This document shows positions 9,617 to 18,950 of a stretch of 64,000 nucleotides of DNA, piece after piece; positions within the stretch are counted from its first letter, which is position 1, and each line of letters begins with the position of its first letter. The position numbers were made by a program, and so were the translations under genes. The notes under the pieces are model-generated. The model did no database searches, was not told the origin of the DNA, and saw only the letters and a program-made list of their open reading frames with translations. The stretch is taken from NCBI GenBank assembly GCA_965371625.1, contig CBDUZE010000001.1:71320-135319 (forward strand), written 5' to 3'. Source of the stretch: an uncultured Alphaproteobacteria bacterium. GTDB taxonomy: Bacteria; Pseudomonadota; Alphaproteobacteria; CBDUZE01.

Positions 9617-9654
9617 CTAACCTGCCAATACTGACCTAACCTGCCAATACTGAC
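9617..9654. promoter_or_regulatory. Perfect 19-bp tandem duplication CTAACCTGCCAATACTGAC x2, 20-57 bp upstream of luxI start; candidate LuxR-type operator (lux-box-like ACCTG start)
   Basis: Read directly in sequence. Position overlaps the expected -35/-10 region of the luxI-family gene. Confidence 0.5.
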
Positions 9655-9673
9655 GGGAGAAAGGTGTGGGATC

Positions 9674-10279
9674 ATGTCGAACGTGACGCTAGAGTTCGGA
9701 AAAATCCACGAGCTTCCCAAGCGTATGGTGGATCAGATGTTTCGATTGCGGGCGCTGGTTTTTGACCAGCAGCTTGGATGGGTGAAATCCAACGGGGAGA
9801 CGGAGATCGACTATTACGACGCGCTCGGTCCCGTCTACGTCGTCTGCCACGCCCCAGCCGATGAAGTAATCGCCGCCGTTCGGCTGCTCCCCAGCAGCGG
9901 CCCCAACATGCTTCGCGACGTGTTCCCCGAGCTCCTGTGCGGCAAAGACCCGCCCTGGGCGGATGACGTATGGGAGTCGAGCCGCTTCTTCGCCGTTGGC
10001 CGACCGCCCGAGATTTCTCCCGTCCAGACCGCGTTCAAACTGGTTGAAGGCATGTTCACCTGCGCTCTGGCACGAGGGTGGCGTGGAATCGTCTCGGTCA
10101 GCGACGTACGCATGGAGCGGCTGATGCGCCGGACTGGCGTGCGGATCAACCGTTTCGGACCACCGCAGCGGATTGGCAACATGTTGGCGATGGCGGGATG
10201 GGCCGACGTGACGCGTGAAAACCTCAACCTCTCCGCCAACGCCGCCGGTTCGACCGGAGACCTTCGCCTGGCCTCCTAG
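9674..10279 (+). CDS. luxI: Acyl-homoserine-lactone synthase (LuxI family autoinducer synthase)
   Basis: FRLRALVFDQQLGW, YYD and SRF motifs conserved in LuxI-family synthases. 201 aa. Confidence 0.85.
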   Translation: MSNVTLEFGKIHELPKRMVDQMFRLRALVFDQQLGWVKSNGETEIDYYDALGPVYVVCHAPADEVIAAVRLLPSSGPNMLRDVFPELLCGKDPPWADDVWESSRFFAVGRPPEISPVQTAFKLVEGMFTCALARGWRGIVSVSDVRMERLMRRTGVRINRFGPPQRIGNMLAMAGWADVTRENLNLSANAAGSTGDLRLAS

Positions 10280-10303
10280 GGCGTCGACCGAGCCGCCGAG
10301 GAG

Positions 10304-11749
10304 TTGGCGGGCGCTTCACCAGGTATGAGAGGACCTCGAGAAATGGACGCGATAGTCAGACCCAATTGCCCGGGACAAGTAGTCCCGCGGGATGTGCCCT
10401 TGCTACGTGGCGCGCCAGTGATCGGCGCGCTGCTACCGATCCGAAAAGATCCTCTCAATTTCTTCGTCAACATCCGACGAGCCTTGGGCGATGTCGTCAA
10501 GGTGAATGTCGGAAACGACCAAGTCCTGTTCGTCGCCGACCCCGAGATCATCGAGCACGTTCTGGAGACCAACCACCGCAACTATGTCAAGAGCCGCCAT
10601 CTCAAGCGAATGGCGACGATCTTCGACTCCAACGTCATCGTTGCGGACGGCGAGGACTGGCGTCGGAGGCGCAAGTTCCTTCGCCCCGCGCTCGCTCGCG
10701 AGCATATCGATGAGCTCGGTTGGCTGGTGGTTGGCGAAGTCACCGCGATGGTCGAGCGCTGGCGCCTCGCCTCACGCCAGGGCCAACCGATCAACGCTTT
10801 GGACGAGTTCATGGATCTCACCCTTGGCGTCATCGTGAAGTCCTTGTTGGGTGTGGGCATCGGACCTCGAGGGCCGATGATCGCCCGCGCCCTTGCCGTC
10901 ATGCTGGCGGCCAGTGAGCGACGCCTTTGGACACCGATCAATGTGCCAATCTCGGTGCCCATTCCCAGCAATCGCGCACTCAAGCGAGCAATCGCGCAAT
11001 TCGACCAGTTGATCTATTCGATCATCGGCGAACGCAGGCAATCGGCTGAAGGTCGCAACGATATCCTAACGGTTCTGCTGTCGGCGGAAGGCGACCCACA
11101 CGATCCCATATCGGACGTCGATATCAGAGACGAAATCGTGGGCATGATCGTTGCCGGTCACGAAACGACGGCGACGACACTAACCTGGACCGTCGAGGCC
11201 CTGTCTCGCCATCCCAATATCGATCGCAGGCTCCGTGCCGAGGTTCAGGAAGTGCTGCAGGGCAGAACGCCGACGATCAGCGACGCGGCCGATCTGAAGT
11301 ACTGCAGGATGGTTCTCCAGGAGACGATGCGCCTGCGCCCGCCGGTGTGGACCGTATCGAGGGAGGCGTTGGCGGACGATCAGGTAAATGGGGTTCGGAT
11401 TCCGGCTGGAACCGTCGTCATGATGTCGCCGTTCGTGGTCCACCGGCATGAAGGCTACTGGCCCAATCCGGAGGGCTTCGACCCGGAACGCTTCGTCGAT
11501 GGCGAGCCGGACGGTGCGGCAAAGTACGCCTATTTCCCGTTCGCGGGCGGGCCGCGCAGGTGCGTGGGGCAACATTTCTCGATGACCGAAATGCTGATCG
11601 CCCTGCCCATGTTGATCCAGAATTTCCAGCTCAGTCTCATACCCGGACACCCGGTCGAGATGCAACCGATGGTGACCCTACGTCCCCGACACGGACTATG
11701 GATGCTTGTGTCGGACGCCGCCGCCGCGACGCAACAACGCGCCGCATGA
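10304..11749 (+). CDS. Cytochrome P450 monooxygenase
   Basis: FPFAGGPRRCVGQHFSMTEM haem-thiolate loop, ETMRLRPP (ExxR) and AGHETT I-helix motif. True start may be Met at ~10343. Confidence 0.85.
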   Translation: MAGASPGMRGPREMDAIVRPNCPGQVVPRDVPLLRGAPVIGALLPIRKDPLNFFVNIRRALGDVVKVNVGNDQVLFVADPEIIEHVLETNHRNYVKSRHLKRMATIFDSNVIVADGEDWRRRRKFLRPALAREHIDELGWLVVGEVTAMVERWRLASRQGQPINALDEFMDLTLGVIVKSLLGVGIGPRGPMIARALAVMLAASERRLWTPINVPISVPIPSNRALKRAIAQFDQLIYSIIGERRQSAEGRNDILTVLLSAEGDPHDPISDVDIRDEIVGMIVAGHETTATTLTWTVEALSRHPNIDRRLRAEVQEVLQGRTPTISDAADLKYCRMVLQETMRLRPPVWTVSREALADDQVNGVRIPAGTVVMMSPFVVHRHEGYWPNPEGFDPERFVDGEPDGAAKYAYFPFAGGPRRCVGQHFSMTEMLIALPMLIQNFQLSLIPGHPVEMQPMVTLRPRHGLWMLVSDAAAATQQRAA

Positions 11750-11842
11750 CGGGCTATCTTGGCGACACTTTAGCTGATATCGCCTTTCGTGGACGGATCG
11801 CTGTGGTATAATTCAACCGATCGTAGGATCGGGGGACTCGAA

Positions 11843-12601
11843 ATGGTGCGCAAATCCCTGATCGGCTTCGTCGGACGTCTGGAAAGCGCGCGGACATTGG
11901 ACGAGTGCGGTGAGGTAATCGTCGACATTGCCGACGCGTGCGATTCCTCGAACTACCTCACCTACTTCGGCACCCTGTCTCATGACGCGCGAACCTATCC
12001 CGGCACCATGTTTCAGGAACAGCCGCTGTCCATTTACAACTTCCCGCAGGCCTGGGCCGAAATCTACCTCGGCCAAATGCTGTTCCGGATCGACCCCGTG
12101 ATGCAGCGCTGCCTGCACTCGGTGGTCCCAGTGTTCTGGCACGACGAGCTGCGCGGCGCCGATGAGGAGGGGAGACGGTTCTTCGCCATGGCCCGCGAGC
12201 ATGGGCTGGCGGCCGGGTTGACCGTCCCGATCCACGCCCGCCACGGCAGCTTCGGGGCGTTTGCCCTGTCCTTCGACAACGACGCCGCCGAGACGCTGCG
12301 GCATATCGAGGCCATCGCGCCCGATCTCCATGTGCTGAGCTTTCACGTCTACGCCAACCTGCGGCGGATCGCCAGCGTGGAAGAGCCGGCACCGGCGCTG
12401 CCGCGGCTGACGCCCAGGGAAAAGCAGGTCCTGTTGTGGACCGCGTCGGGCAAGACGATCTGGGAGATCTCGGTCATCCTCTCGATCTCCCAGAGAACCG
12501 CCAAGCAGCACCTGTCGAGCGTGATGGCCAAGCTCGGCGTGGAGAACAAGTTTCATGCCGTGGCGGAAGCCGTGGCCTGCGGTCTGACAAAGGCCTATTG
12601 A
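11843..12601 (+). CDS. luxR: LuxR-family AHL-responsive transcriptional regulator
   Basis: Autoinducer-binding residues (W, Y, DP, W) in the N-terminal domain. C-terminal LTPREKQVLLWTASGKTIWEISVILSISQRTAKQHL HTH. ORF begins at 11789; start chosen at MVRKSL. Confidence 0.8.
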   Translation: MVRKSLIGFVGRLESARTLDECGEVIVDIADACDSSNYLTYFGTLSHDARTYPGTMFQEQPLSIYNFPQAWAEIYLGQMLFRIDPVMQRCLHSVVPVFWHDELRGADEEGRRFFAMAREHGLAAGLTVPIHARHGSFGAFALSFDNDAAETLRHIEAIAPDLHVLSFHVYANLRRIASVEEPAPALPRLTPREKQVLLWTASGKTIWEISVILSISQRTAKQHLSSVMAKLGVENKFHAVAEAVACGLTKAY

Positions 12602-12652
12602 GCCGATTGCCGACGCCCGGAATGCCGGGGGGTTGACGCCGGCCGCCCCCGC

Positions 12653-13900
12653 TCACCCCCGCGTCAGATAATCGTAGGCCGAGAGCACGTGGGTGCGCAC
12701 GGTGTGGAGGAACTCCTCGACCTCGACGTGCTCGTCGAATGAGCCCATGCCGGCCGGCACCGGGCCGTAGACGTAAGCCGGCACGTTCTCGTAGCGCCAC
12801 AGCCGGGTGTCGGTGGCGCCCAGGCTGACCACCGGCTTGGGCTCGAAGCCCCTTAAGGTGCGCACGTTGTCGCGCAGGATCTCGGCCATCTCGCCGAAGG
12901 GGGCGCACCAGCTCGGCGCGTTGCGGTTGATCTCTTCCATGCTCACCTCGGGGTAGCCCTCGAGGATGGTCTCGATCTCGCCCAGCACGCGCTCGGCCGT
13001 GACGCCCACCGGCAGGCGCACGTCGACCTCCATCTCGGCCTGGCCCGGCGTCATGTTGACCTTTACGCCGCTCCGCAGCAGGCCGACGTTGACCGACACG
13101 CGCGAGACCACGTCGGCGGCGCCCGCGCCCTGGGCCTCTTCGATCTCGTCGCGCGCACCGCTGAGAGCGGTGACCACGTTGTCGGGCATCTCCATCTCGA
13201 TCTCGGTGAGCGATTCGAGCTCGCCAATGAGCCGTGCCGCGAGCTTCGAGGCGCTCACCGTGAGGTGGGGATAGGCGCCGTGGGCGCCCCGGGTCGCGAT
13301 GGTGAAGCGCAGCCAAATCAGCCCCTTCTCGCCGAAGCGCAAGGTGCGCGGCCCCGAGGGCTCGCCGTTGAGGCAGCAGTCGCCGTGGACCTCGGGGTGG
13401 TTGGCGATGAGGTGGCGGGCACCATAGGGCCCGAAGGTCTCCTCGTCGGAGACCGCGGTCAGGGTCAGGCGGCCCTTGAGCTGGTCGCGGATGCGGCTCA
13501 GGTAGAGGTAGGTGAAGATCGAGGCGGTGGTGCCGCACTTCATGTCGGCGGCGCCGCGGCCCCAGATGCGGCCGTCGGCGACGGCGCCGCTCCACGGCCC
13601 GTGGCTCCAGCGCTCCTCGTCGGGGACGGGGAAGACGTCGATGTGGCCGTTCAGCACCAGGTGGCGGCCCGGCGCCCCGCCCTCGAAGCTGGCGACGATG
13701 TTGGGCATGCGCTCGTTGGGGGCGATGACGCGATAGTCGAGGCCTTCGCCGTCGAGCAGGCCGCGGACGTGGTCCGCCGCCGCCACCGTGTCGCCGGGCG
13801 GGTTGGGCGACTTGGCCTGGATGAAGCGGCTCAGGAACTCGATCAGGCGCTCGCGATCGCCCTCGATCCAGTCGAACAGCGTCTTCTTGTTGTCAATCAT
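12653..13900 (-). CDS. M20-family metallopeptidase/deacylase (ArgE/DapE-like)
   Basis: MIDNKKTLFDWIE...HIDVFPV...GAADMKCG...SDEE typical M20 metal-ligand motifs. Long ORF 12653..14515 trimmed to this Met. Confidence 0.75.
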   Translation of the reverse strand: MIDNKKTLFDWIEGDRERLIEFLSRFIQAKSPNPPGDTVAAADHVRGLLDGEGLDYRVIAPNERMPNIVASFEGGAPGRHLVLNGHIDVFPVPDEERWSHGPWSGAVADGRIWGRGAADMKCGTTASIFTYLYLSRIRDQLKGRLTLTAVSDEETFGPYGARHLIANHPEVHGDCCLNGEPSGPRTLRFGEKGLIWLRFTIATRGAHGAYPHLTVSASKLAARLIGELESLTEIEMEMPDNVVTALSGARDEIEEAQGAGAADVVSRVSVNVGLLRSGVKVNMTPGQAEMEVDVRLPVGVTAERVLGEIETILEGYPEVSMEEINRNAPSWCAPFGEMAEILRDNVRTLRGFEPKPVVSLGATDTRLWRYENVPAYVYGPVPAGMGSFDEHVEVEEFLHTVRTHVLSAYDYLTRG

Positions 13901-13929
13901 TCCGTTCTCCCCTTGCGATCGCCGGGCGT

Positions 13930-14754
13930 CTAGGGCTCCTTCTCGGGCTCGAAGCGGGCGTCGCGCCAGGCCAGTGCCGCCTGCAGGCCCTGCTCCTTGC
14001 GGATGCGGTTGAACTCGGCGCGCTCGGCGCCTTCCGAGCTCTCCAGCACGATGTCGGTCTCGAGGGCGGCGAGCAGCGCCTGGCGCATGTTCATCATCTC
14101 GTAGCTGCGGTTGATGGCGCGCTTGGTGAGGCGCACCGAAAGGGGCGCGGCGGCGGCGATGTCCCGGGCCAGCGCCATCGCCTTGTCGAGCTCGGCGCCG
14201 GCCGGCACCACGTGGTTGACGAGCCCCATGGCGAGGGCTCTTTGGGCGTCGATCTTGTCGTCGCCGGTGAGCAGGAGCTCCTTGGCGAGCTTGGCTCCGG
14301 TCATCCACGGCAGTATCAGGGCGACGATGCCGGAGCCGAAGCGCACCTCGGGCGAGCCGAAGCGCGCGCCCTCGGCGGCCACGGTGATGTCGCAGGCCAG
14401 CGCGAGCTCGAAGGCGCCGGCCAGGCAGTGGCCGTGGACCGCGGCGATGGTCGGCTTGGGGCAGTCCCAGAACTGCATGATGAAGTCGAAGTCGTGCTCC
14501 AGCACCGGGCGCCACTCGGCGGCGCCGGTGGTGGCGCGGGCCGCCGACTCCTTGAGGTCGAAGCCGGCCGAGAACGAGCGCCCGGCGCCGTGGACGACCA
14601 CCGCCGAGACCGCCTCGTCGCCGGCGAAGGCGGCGAGCGCGGCACCGGTCTGGTCGATGAGCGCGCTGTTGAAGGCGTTCAACACCTCGGGCCGGTTGAA
14701 GGTGATGACGCCGACCGCGCCCTCGGTGCGGGTTAGGATCGGATCCTGGGTCAT
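13930..14754 (-). CDS. Enoyl-CoA hydratase/isomerase (crotonase) family protein
   Basis: Crotonase-fold motifs (ITFNRPEVLNAF, FSAGFDL, GHCLAGAFELALACD). Confidence 0.8.
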   Translation of the reverse strand: MTQDPILTRTEGAVGVITFNRPEVLNAFNSALIDQTGAALAAFAGDEAVSAVVVHGAGRSFSAGFDLKESAARATTGAAEWRPVLEHDFDFIMQFWDCPKPTIAAVHGHCLAGAFELALACDITVAAEGARFGSPEVRFGSGIVALILPWMTGAKLAKELLLTGDDKIDAQRALAMGLVNHVVPAGAELDKAMALARDIAAAAPLSVRLTKRAINRSYEMMNMRQALLAALETDIVLESSEGAERAEFNRIRKEQGLQAALAWRDARFEPEKEP

Positions 14755-16925
14755 GGGCGTTCGCTTTCCTTCGTGTCCTTGGGGTCGATTTTCCTGGGCA
14801 CCACCAGGGCGTCGACGGCGAGGGCGCCGTCGGGGCCCACGATCACCGGGTTGACGTCGAGCTCGGTAATGAGCGGCCCGAGCTCCACCGCGAGCACGCT
14901 CAGCCGCTCGATCGCCCGCGCCAGGGCGCCCATGTCGGCGGCCGGGCGCCCGCGATAGCCGTCGAGCAGGGCGTGACCCTTGAGCCGCTCGAGCGCGCCG
15001 AGCGCCTGCTCGGCGGCGATCGGCGGCACCAGGGTGACCTGGTCCTCGAACAGCTCGACCAGCACCCCGCCGAGCGCCACCGTGACCATGGCCCCGAAGG
15101 GCTCGTCGTTGACCACGCCGAGCAGCACCTCGACGCCGGGCGGCGCCTGGGCCTGGACCAGGGCCCTTGCGCCGTGGGCGGCGGCGACGCGGCGGTAGGC
15201 CGCGGCCAGGGCCCCGGCGTCGGCGAGGCCGAGGACGACGGCGCCCACGTCCGACTTGTGCAGGACCTCGGGCGCCGCGGTCTTGAGCACCACCGGATAG
15301 CCCAGCCTGGCCGCGGCGGCGAGCGCCTCGGCCTCGCCCTCGACCACGGCCCCGGCCACCACCGGGCCGCCGAAATCGGCGAACAGGCGCAAGCTCTCGG
15401 CGCCGTCGAGCGGCACGCCGCCGGCCGCCGCGAGGCGCCGCCGCCAGCGCTCGATCACCTCGGCCTCGGCGGGCACGGGCCTCGCCGCCGCCGTGCCGCC
15501 CCTGTGGCGGCCCCTGTGGCGGCGCCCGTGATAGGCGACGAAATGGGCGATCGCCGCCAGCGCGGTCGCCGTGCCCATGAGCACCGGGATGCCGAGCTCG
15601 CGGAGCCGCGCCGCCTCGTCGCGGCAGATCGAGCTGTGGAGGTTGCCGAAGGCGACGATCGGCTTCGGCGTCGAGTTATGCGCGGCTTCGGCGGCCGCGG
15701 TCTGGGCATAGAGATAGGGCCGGCCGGTGACCATGTTGACGGCCAGGGCGACGATCCCGACGTCCGGATCCTGGGCCATGATGCTGAGGCAGTCCTCGAA
15801 GATGTAAGCGCCGTCGCCCCACGAATCGACCGGATTGTCGGGCTCGAAGCCGGGGTCGAGCACCGCCTCGAGCTTGGTCCTGGTGGCCGGCGCGAGCGCG
15901 GCGAACCGGAGCCCGGCATGCGACGCGAGGTCGACGATGAGCTGGCGCTCGGCGCCCGAATCGGTGACCACGCCGAGGCCGTCGCCGGGCGGCGCGCGAC
16001 CCCGCGAGAAGAGCTCCAGGGTATCGGCCAGCTCGTCGAGCGTGTCGACGGCAGAGACGTTGTGGCGTTCGAAGACGGCGCGGTAGGCGGCGTCGGAGCC
16101 GGCGATGGCGCCACTGTGAGCAAGGGCGAAGCGGGCGCCCGCCTCCGAGCGGCCGAGCTTGAGCGCCACCACCGGGATGTCGCGCTTTTCCGCCAGCTCC
16201 AGCGCGGCGAGGAAGGCCTCGGGATCGCGCACCGTCTCGAGGACGCAGCCGATCACCCGGGTCTCCGGGCGCGCGATCAGGAAAGCCAAGTAATCGGCCA
16301 TCGTGGTGGCGATCTCCTCGCCCGCCGAGACGGCGTAATTGAAGCGCAGCTGGCGCTGGCTGCCGACCAGCCCCGACCAGCTCGAGCCGCTGTGGGAGAT
16401 CACCCCGATGCCGCCGTCGAGCGCCGGGATCGGCAGCGCGTGGCCGCACACCATGAGGCGGTCGACGAAGTTCATGAAGCCCATCGAGTTGCTGCCGCAC
16501 ACCGCCATTCCGGCCTCGCGGGCGATCGCCCCCAGGCGCTCGGTCAGGGGTGCCCGGCCGGGCGACGGCGGGGCCTCGTAGCAGCGGCCGAAGAGCACCG
16601 CGGCCCGCGCCCCGGCGGCGGCGGCCTCGGCGAAGAGGCCTTCGACGCGGTCGTCCGCGACCGCCATGATGACGCAATCGACGGGCTCCGGGATGGCCCC
16701 GACGGTAGGGTAGCAGGGGTAGCCGGCGATCTCGTCGTAGCGCGGATTGACGGCGTGGACGGCGCCACCGAAGTCCCACCTCGCCAGCGAGTCGAGCAGG
16801 CTGCGGCCGAACGAGGCAGGCCGAGCGCTGGCGCCGACCACCGCGATCGATTCGGGCCGCAGCAGCCGCGCCACGGCATCTTCCCCGACGCTGTTCACGA
16901 GACGAATTTGACCCTCTTCCCCCAA
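14751..16925 (-). CDS. ADP-forming acyl-CoA synthetase (acetate--CoA ligase family, fused alpha/beta; CoA-binding plus ATP-grasp domains)
   Basis: N-terminal CoA-binding/succinyl-CoA-synthetase-alpha-like region (IAVVGAS...SHSGS) and C-terminal ATP-grasp (PVVLKTAAPEVLHKSDVGAV). 4-bp overlap with the downstream hydratase. Exact start uncertain. Confidence 0.7.
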   Translation of the reverse strand: MGEEGQIRLVNSVGEDAVARLLRPESIAVVGASARPASFGRSLLDSLARWDFGGAVHAVNPRYDEIAGYPCYPTVGAIPEPVDCVIMAVADDRVEGLFAEAAAAGARAAVLFGRCYEAPPSPGRAPLTERLGAIAREAGMAVCGSNSMGFMNFVDRLMVCGHALPIPALDGGIGVISHSGSSWSGLVGSQRQLRFNYAVSAGEEIATTMADYLAFLIARPETRVIGCVLETVRDPEAFLAALELAEKRDIPVVALKLGRSEAGARFALAHSGAIAGSDAAYRAVFERHNVSAVDTLDELADTLELFSRGRAPPGDGLGVVTDSGAERQLIVDLASHAGLRFAALAPATRTKLEAVLDPGFEPDNPVDSWGDGAYIFEDCLSIMAQDPDVGIVALAVNMVTGRPYLYAQTAAAEAAHNSTPKPIVAFGNLHSSICRDEAARLRELGIPVLMGTATALAAIAHFVAYHGRRHRGRHRGGTAAARPVPAEAEVIERWRRRLAAAGGVPLDGAESLRLFADFGGPVVAGAVVEGEAEALAAAARLGYPVVLKTAAPEVLHKSDVGAVVLGLADAGALAAAYRRVAAAHGARALVQAQAPPGVEVLLGVVNDEPFGAMVTVALGGVLVELFEDQVTLVPPIAAEQALGALERLKGHALLDGYRGRPAADMGALARAIERLSVLAVELGPLITELDVNPVIVGPDGALAVDALVVPRKIDPKDTKESERP

Positions 16926-17135
16926 GCGAAGCCGACGGCCCGGCGCCGTCGCCCGGCGATCTTAGGAGCAACGATTCGCCCAGACAACAAGCGCTGCCCG
17001 GCGCGGCGGGTGCCGCGACTGTCGCCGCGATTCCGATTGACGGCCCGCGGCATCGGCGGGACAGTCGGGGAGTCCGGCTCGGCACCGCCCACCGCGCCCC
17101 CCACCGCGCCCTTATTTCCAACCTGGTGAAAGCGT

Positions 17136-18023
17136 TTGAGTTTCGCGACGCTGCCCGAGCCTATCCGCGGCGCCCTCTGGTACCTTCCGGCGGCGGCATC
17201 CTGGGCCATTCTGGGAGGGGTCGTGCGCTACCTCTCGAGCGACCTGAGCGCGCTCGAGATCGCCTTCTTTCGCGCCCTCTACGGGCTCCTCATCCTGCTT
17301 CCCTGGATCGTCCGCGGCGGCAAGCGCCTGCTGCCGCGGCGGCGCTACCGCGTCTACACCGTGCGCGGCCTGTGCGAGACCGCCGCCTTGCTATGCTGGT
17401 TCAGCTCGGTCACCCTGATCCCGGTCGCCGACGCGATCGCGCTCACCTTCGTGGCGCCCTTGCTGGCGACCATTCTGGCGGCCCTCATCCTGGGCGAGAC
17501 GGTGCGGCTGCGGCGCTGGACCGCGATCGTCATCGGCATGGCCGGGACCCTGGTGATCGTGCGCCCCGGCTTCCAGGACCTCAACGCCGGGATCCTCTTG
17601 GCGCTGGCGGCGGCGCTGGCGTTGGCGGGCTCGCGGGTCGCCGGGCGCCAGCTCGCTCAGACCGAGCCCACCATCACCATCGTCGGCTCGATCCTGCTCT
17701 TCACCTTGCCCTGCACCCTGGTGCCGACGGTGCTGGTGTGGCAGACCCCGGACCCGGTCCAGCTCCTGCTGCTGCTGGTCATCGGCGGCCTTGCCACCTT
17801 CGCCCATTTCTGCCTCACCATGGCCTTGCGGATCGCCGAGACCTCCGAGCTGGCGCCCTACGATTTCGCCCAGCTCCCGGTGGCGGTGGCGTTCGGGGTG
17901 ATCGTCTTCGGCGAGGTGCCCGACCTCTGGACCTGGATCGGCGGCGCGGTGATCGCCGCCACCTCGGTCTACGTGGTGCGCCGCGAGGCCCGGCTGCGCG
18001 CCCTCAGCGAGGCGCCGGGATGA
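17136..18023 (+). CDS. DMT-superfamily (EamA-like) transporter, paralog 1
   Basis: 10-TM-like hydrophobic profile with duplicated EamA halves. Confidence 0.7.
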   Translation: MSFATLPEPIRGALWYLPAAASWAILGGVVRYLSSDLSALEIAFFRALYGLLILLPWIVRGGKRLLPRRRYRVYTVRGLCETAALLCWFSSVTLIPVADAIALTFVAPLLATILAALILGETVRLRRWTAIVIGMAGTLVIVRPGFQDLNAGILLALAAALALAGSRVAGRQLAQTEPTITIVGSILLFTLPCTLVPTVLVWQTPDPVQLLLLLVIGGLATFAHFCLTMALRIAETSELAPYDFAQLPVAVAFGVIVFGEVPDLWTWIGGAVIAATSVYVVRREARLRALSEAPG

Positions 18024-18940
18024 CCGTGATCGCCCAGCGCTGGGCCGGCCTCGGCGGCAACGTCAGGGGGGCGCTGTGGATCCTGCTCGCCGCCTTCCTG
18101 ATGAGCACCCAGAGCACCATCATCAAGTTCCTGGGCGCCACCATGGACAGCCTCGAGATCGTGTTCTTTCGGGGCCTCTTCGGGGTCGTGCTGATCCTCC
18201 CCTTTATCACCCCGATCGGCTGGATCCATGTTTCCACCCGCCGTCCCAAGCTCCATCTCGCCCGCGCCATGGCCGGGGTCGTCGCCATGGGCTGCGGCTT
18301 CTACGCCTTCACCGAGCTGACCCTGGCGGACGCCACCGCGATCGCCTTCACCATGCCGCTGTTCATGATCGTGCTGGCGGTGATGGCGCTGGCTGAGGTG
18401 GTGGGCTGGCGCCGCTGGAGCGCCACCCTGATCGGCTTCGCCGGCGTCCTGGTGGTGGTGCGGCCCGGCATGGCGGCGTTCCAGGCGGCGAGCATGATCG
18501 CGCTGGTGGGCGCTTTCAGCCACGCCGTGGTCGGGGTGCTGCTGAAGAAGCTCGCGACCACCGAGACCATCGCCTCGATCATGTTCTACTTCTCGGTCAC
18601 CGGCACGGTGGTGTTCCTGGTCCCGGCGATCCTGGTGTGGACCACGCCGAGCTGGTCCGAGCTCGGTTTCCTCGCCTTGATGGCCGCCCTCGGCATGTCG
18701 AGCCAGGCCGCCTTCTTCCAGGCCTGCCGGGTCGGCGAGATGACCGCGGTGACGCCGTTCGACTACTCGCGGCTGATCTTCGCCACGGCCTTCGGATACC
18801 TGCTGTTCGACGAGCTGCCCGACGCCTGGACCGCGAGCGGTGCCGCGGTCATCGTCGCCAGCACCCTGTTCATCGCCCGCCGCGAGGCCCGCCTCGCCCG
18901 CCGCGCCGCCGCCCGGGAGGACGCGCCGCCGGAGCCGTGA
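18020..18940 (+). CDS. DMT-superfamily (EamA-like) transporter, paralog 2
   Basis: In-frame internal Met (MTVIAQRW) of ORF 17126..18940, overlapping the upstream stop. Same architecture as paralog 1. Confidence 0.7.
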   Translation: MTVIAQRWAGLGGNVRGALWILLAAFLMSTQSTIIKFLGATMDSLEIVFFRGLFGVVLILPFITPIGWIHVSTRRPKLHLARAMAGVVAMGCGFYAFTELTLADATAIAFTMPLFMIVLAVMALAEVVGWRRWSATLIGFAGVLVVVRPGMAAFQAASMIALVGAFSHAVVGVLLKKLATTETIASIMFYFSVTGTVVFLVPAILVWTTPSWSELGFLALMAALGMSSQAAFFQACRVGEMTAVTPFDYSRLIFATAFGYLLFDELPDAWTASGAAVIVASTLFIARREARLARRAAAREDAPPEP

Positions 18941-18950
18941 GCATCCGCGC

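Noticed and set aside
14973-17129. 718-aa +strand ORF
   Set aside because: Antisense artefact opposite the acyl-CoA synthetase gene.
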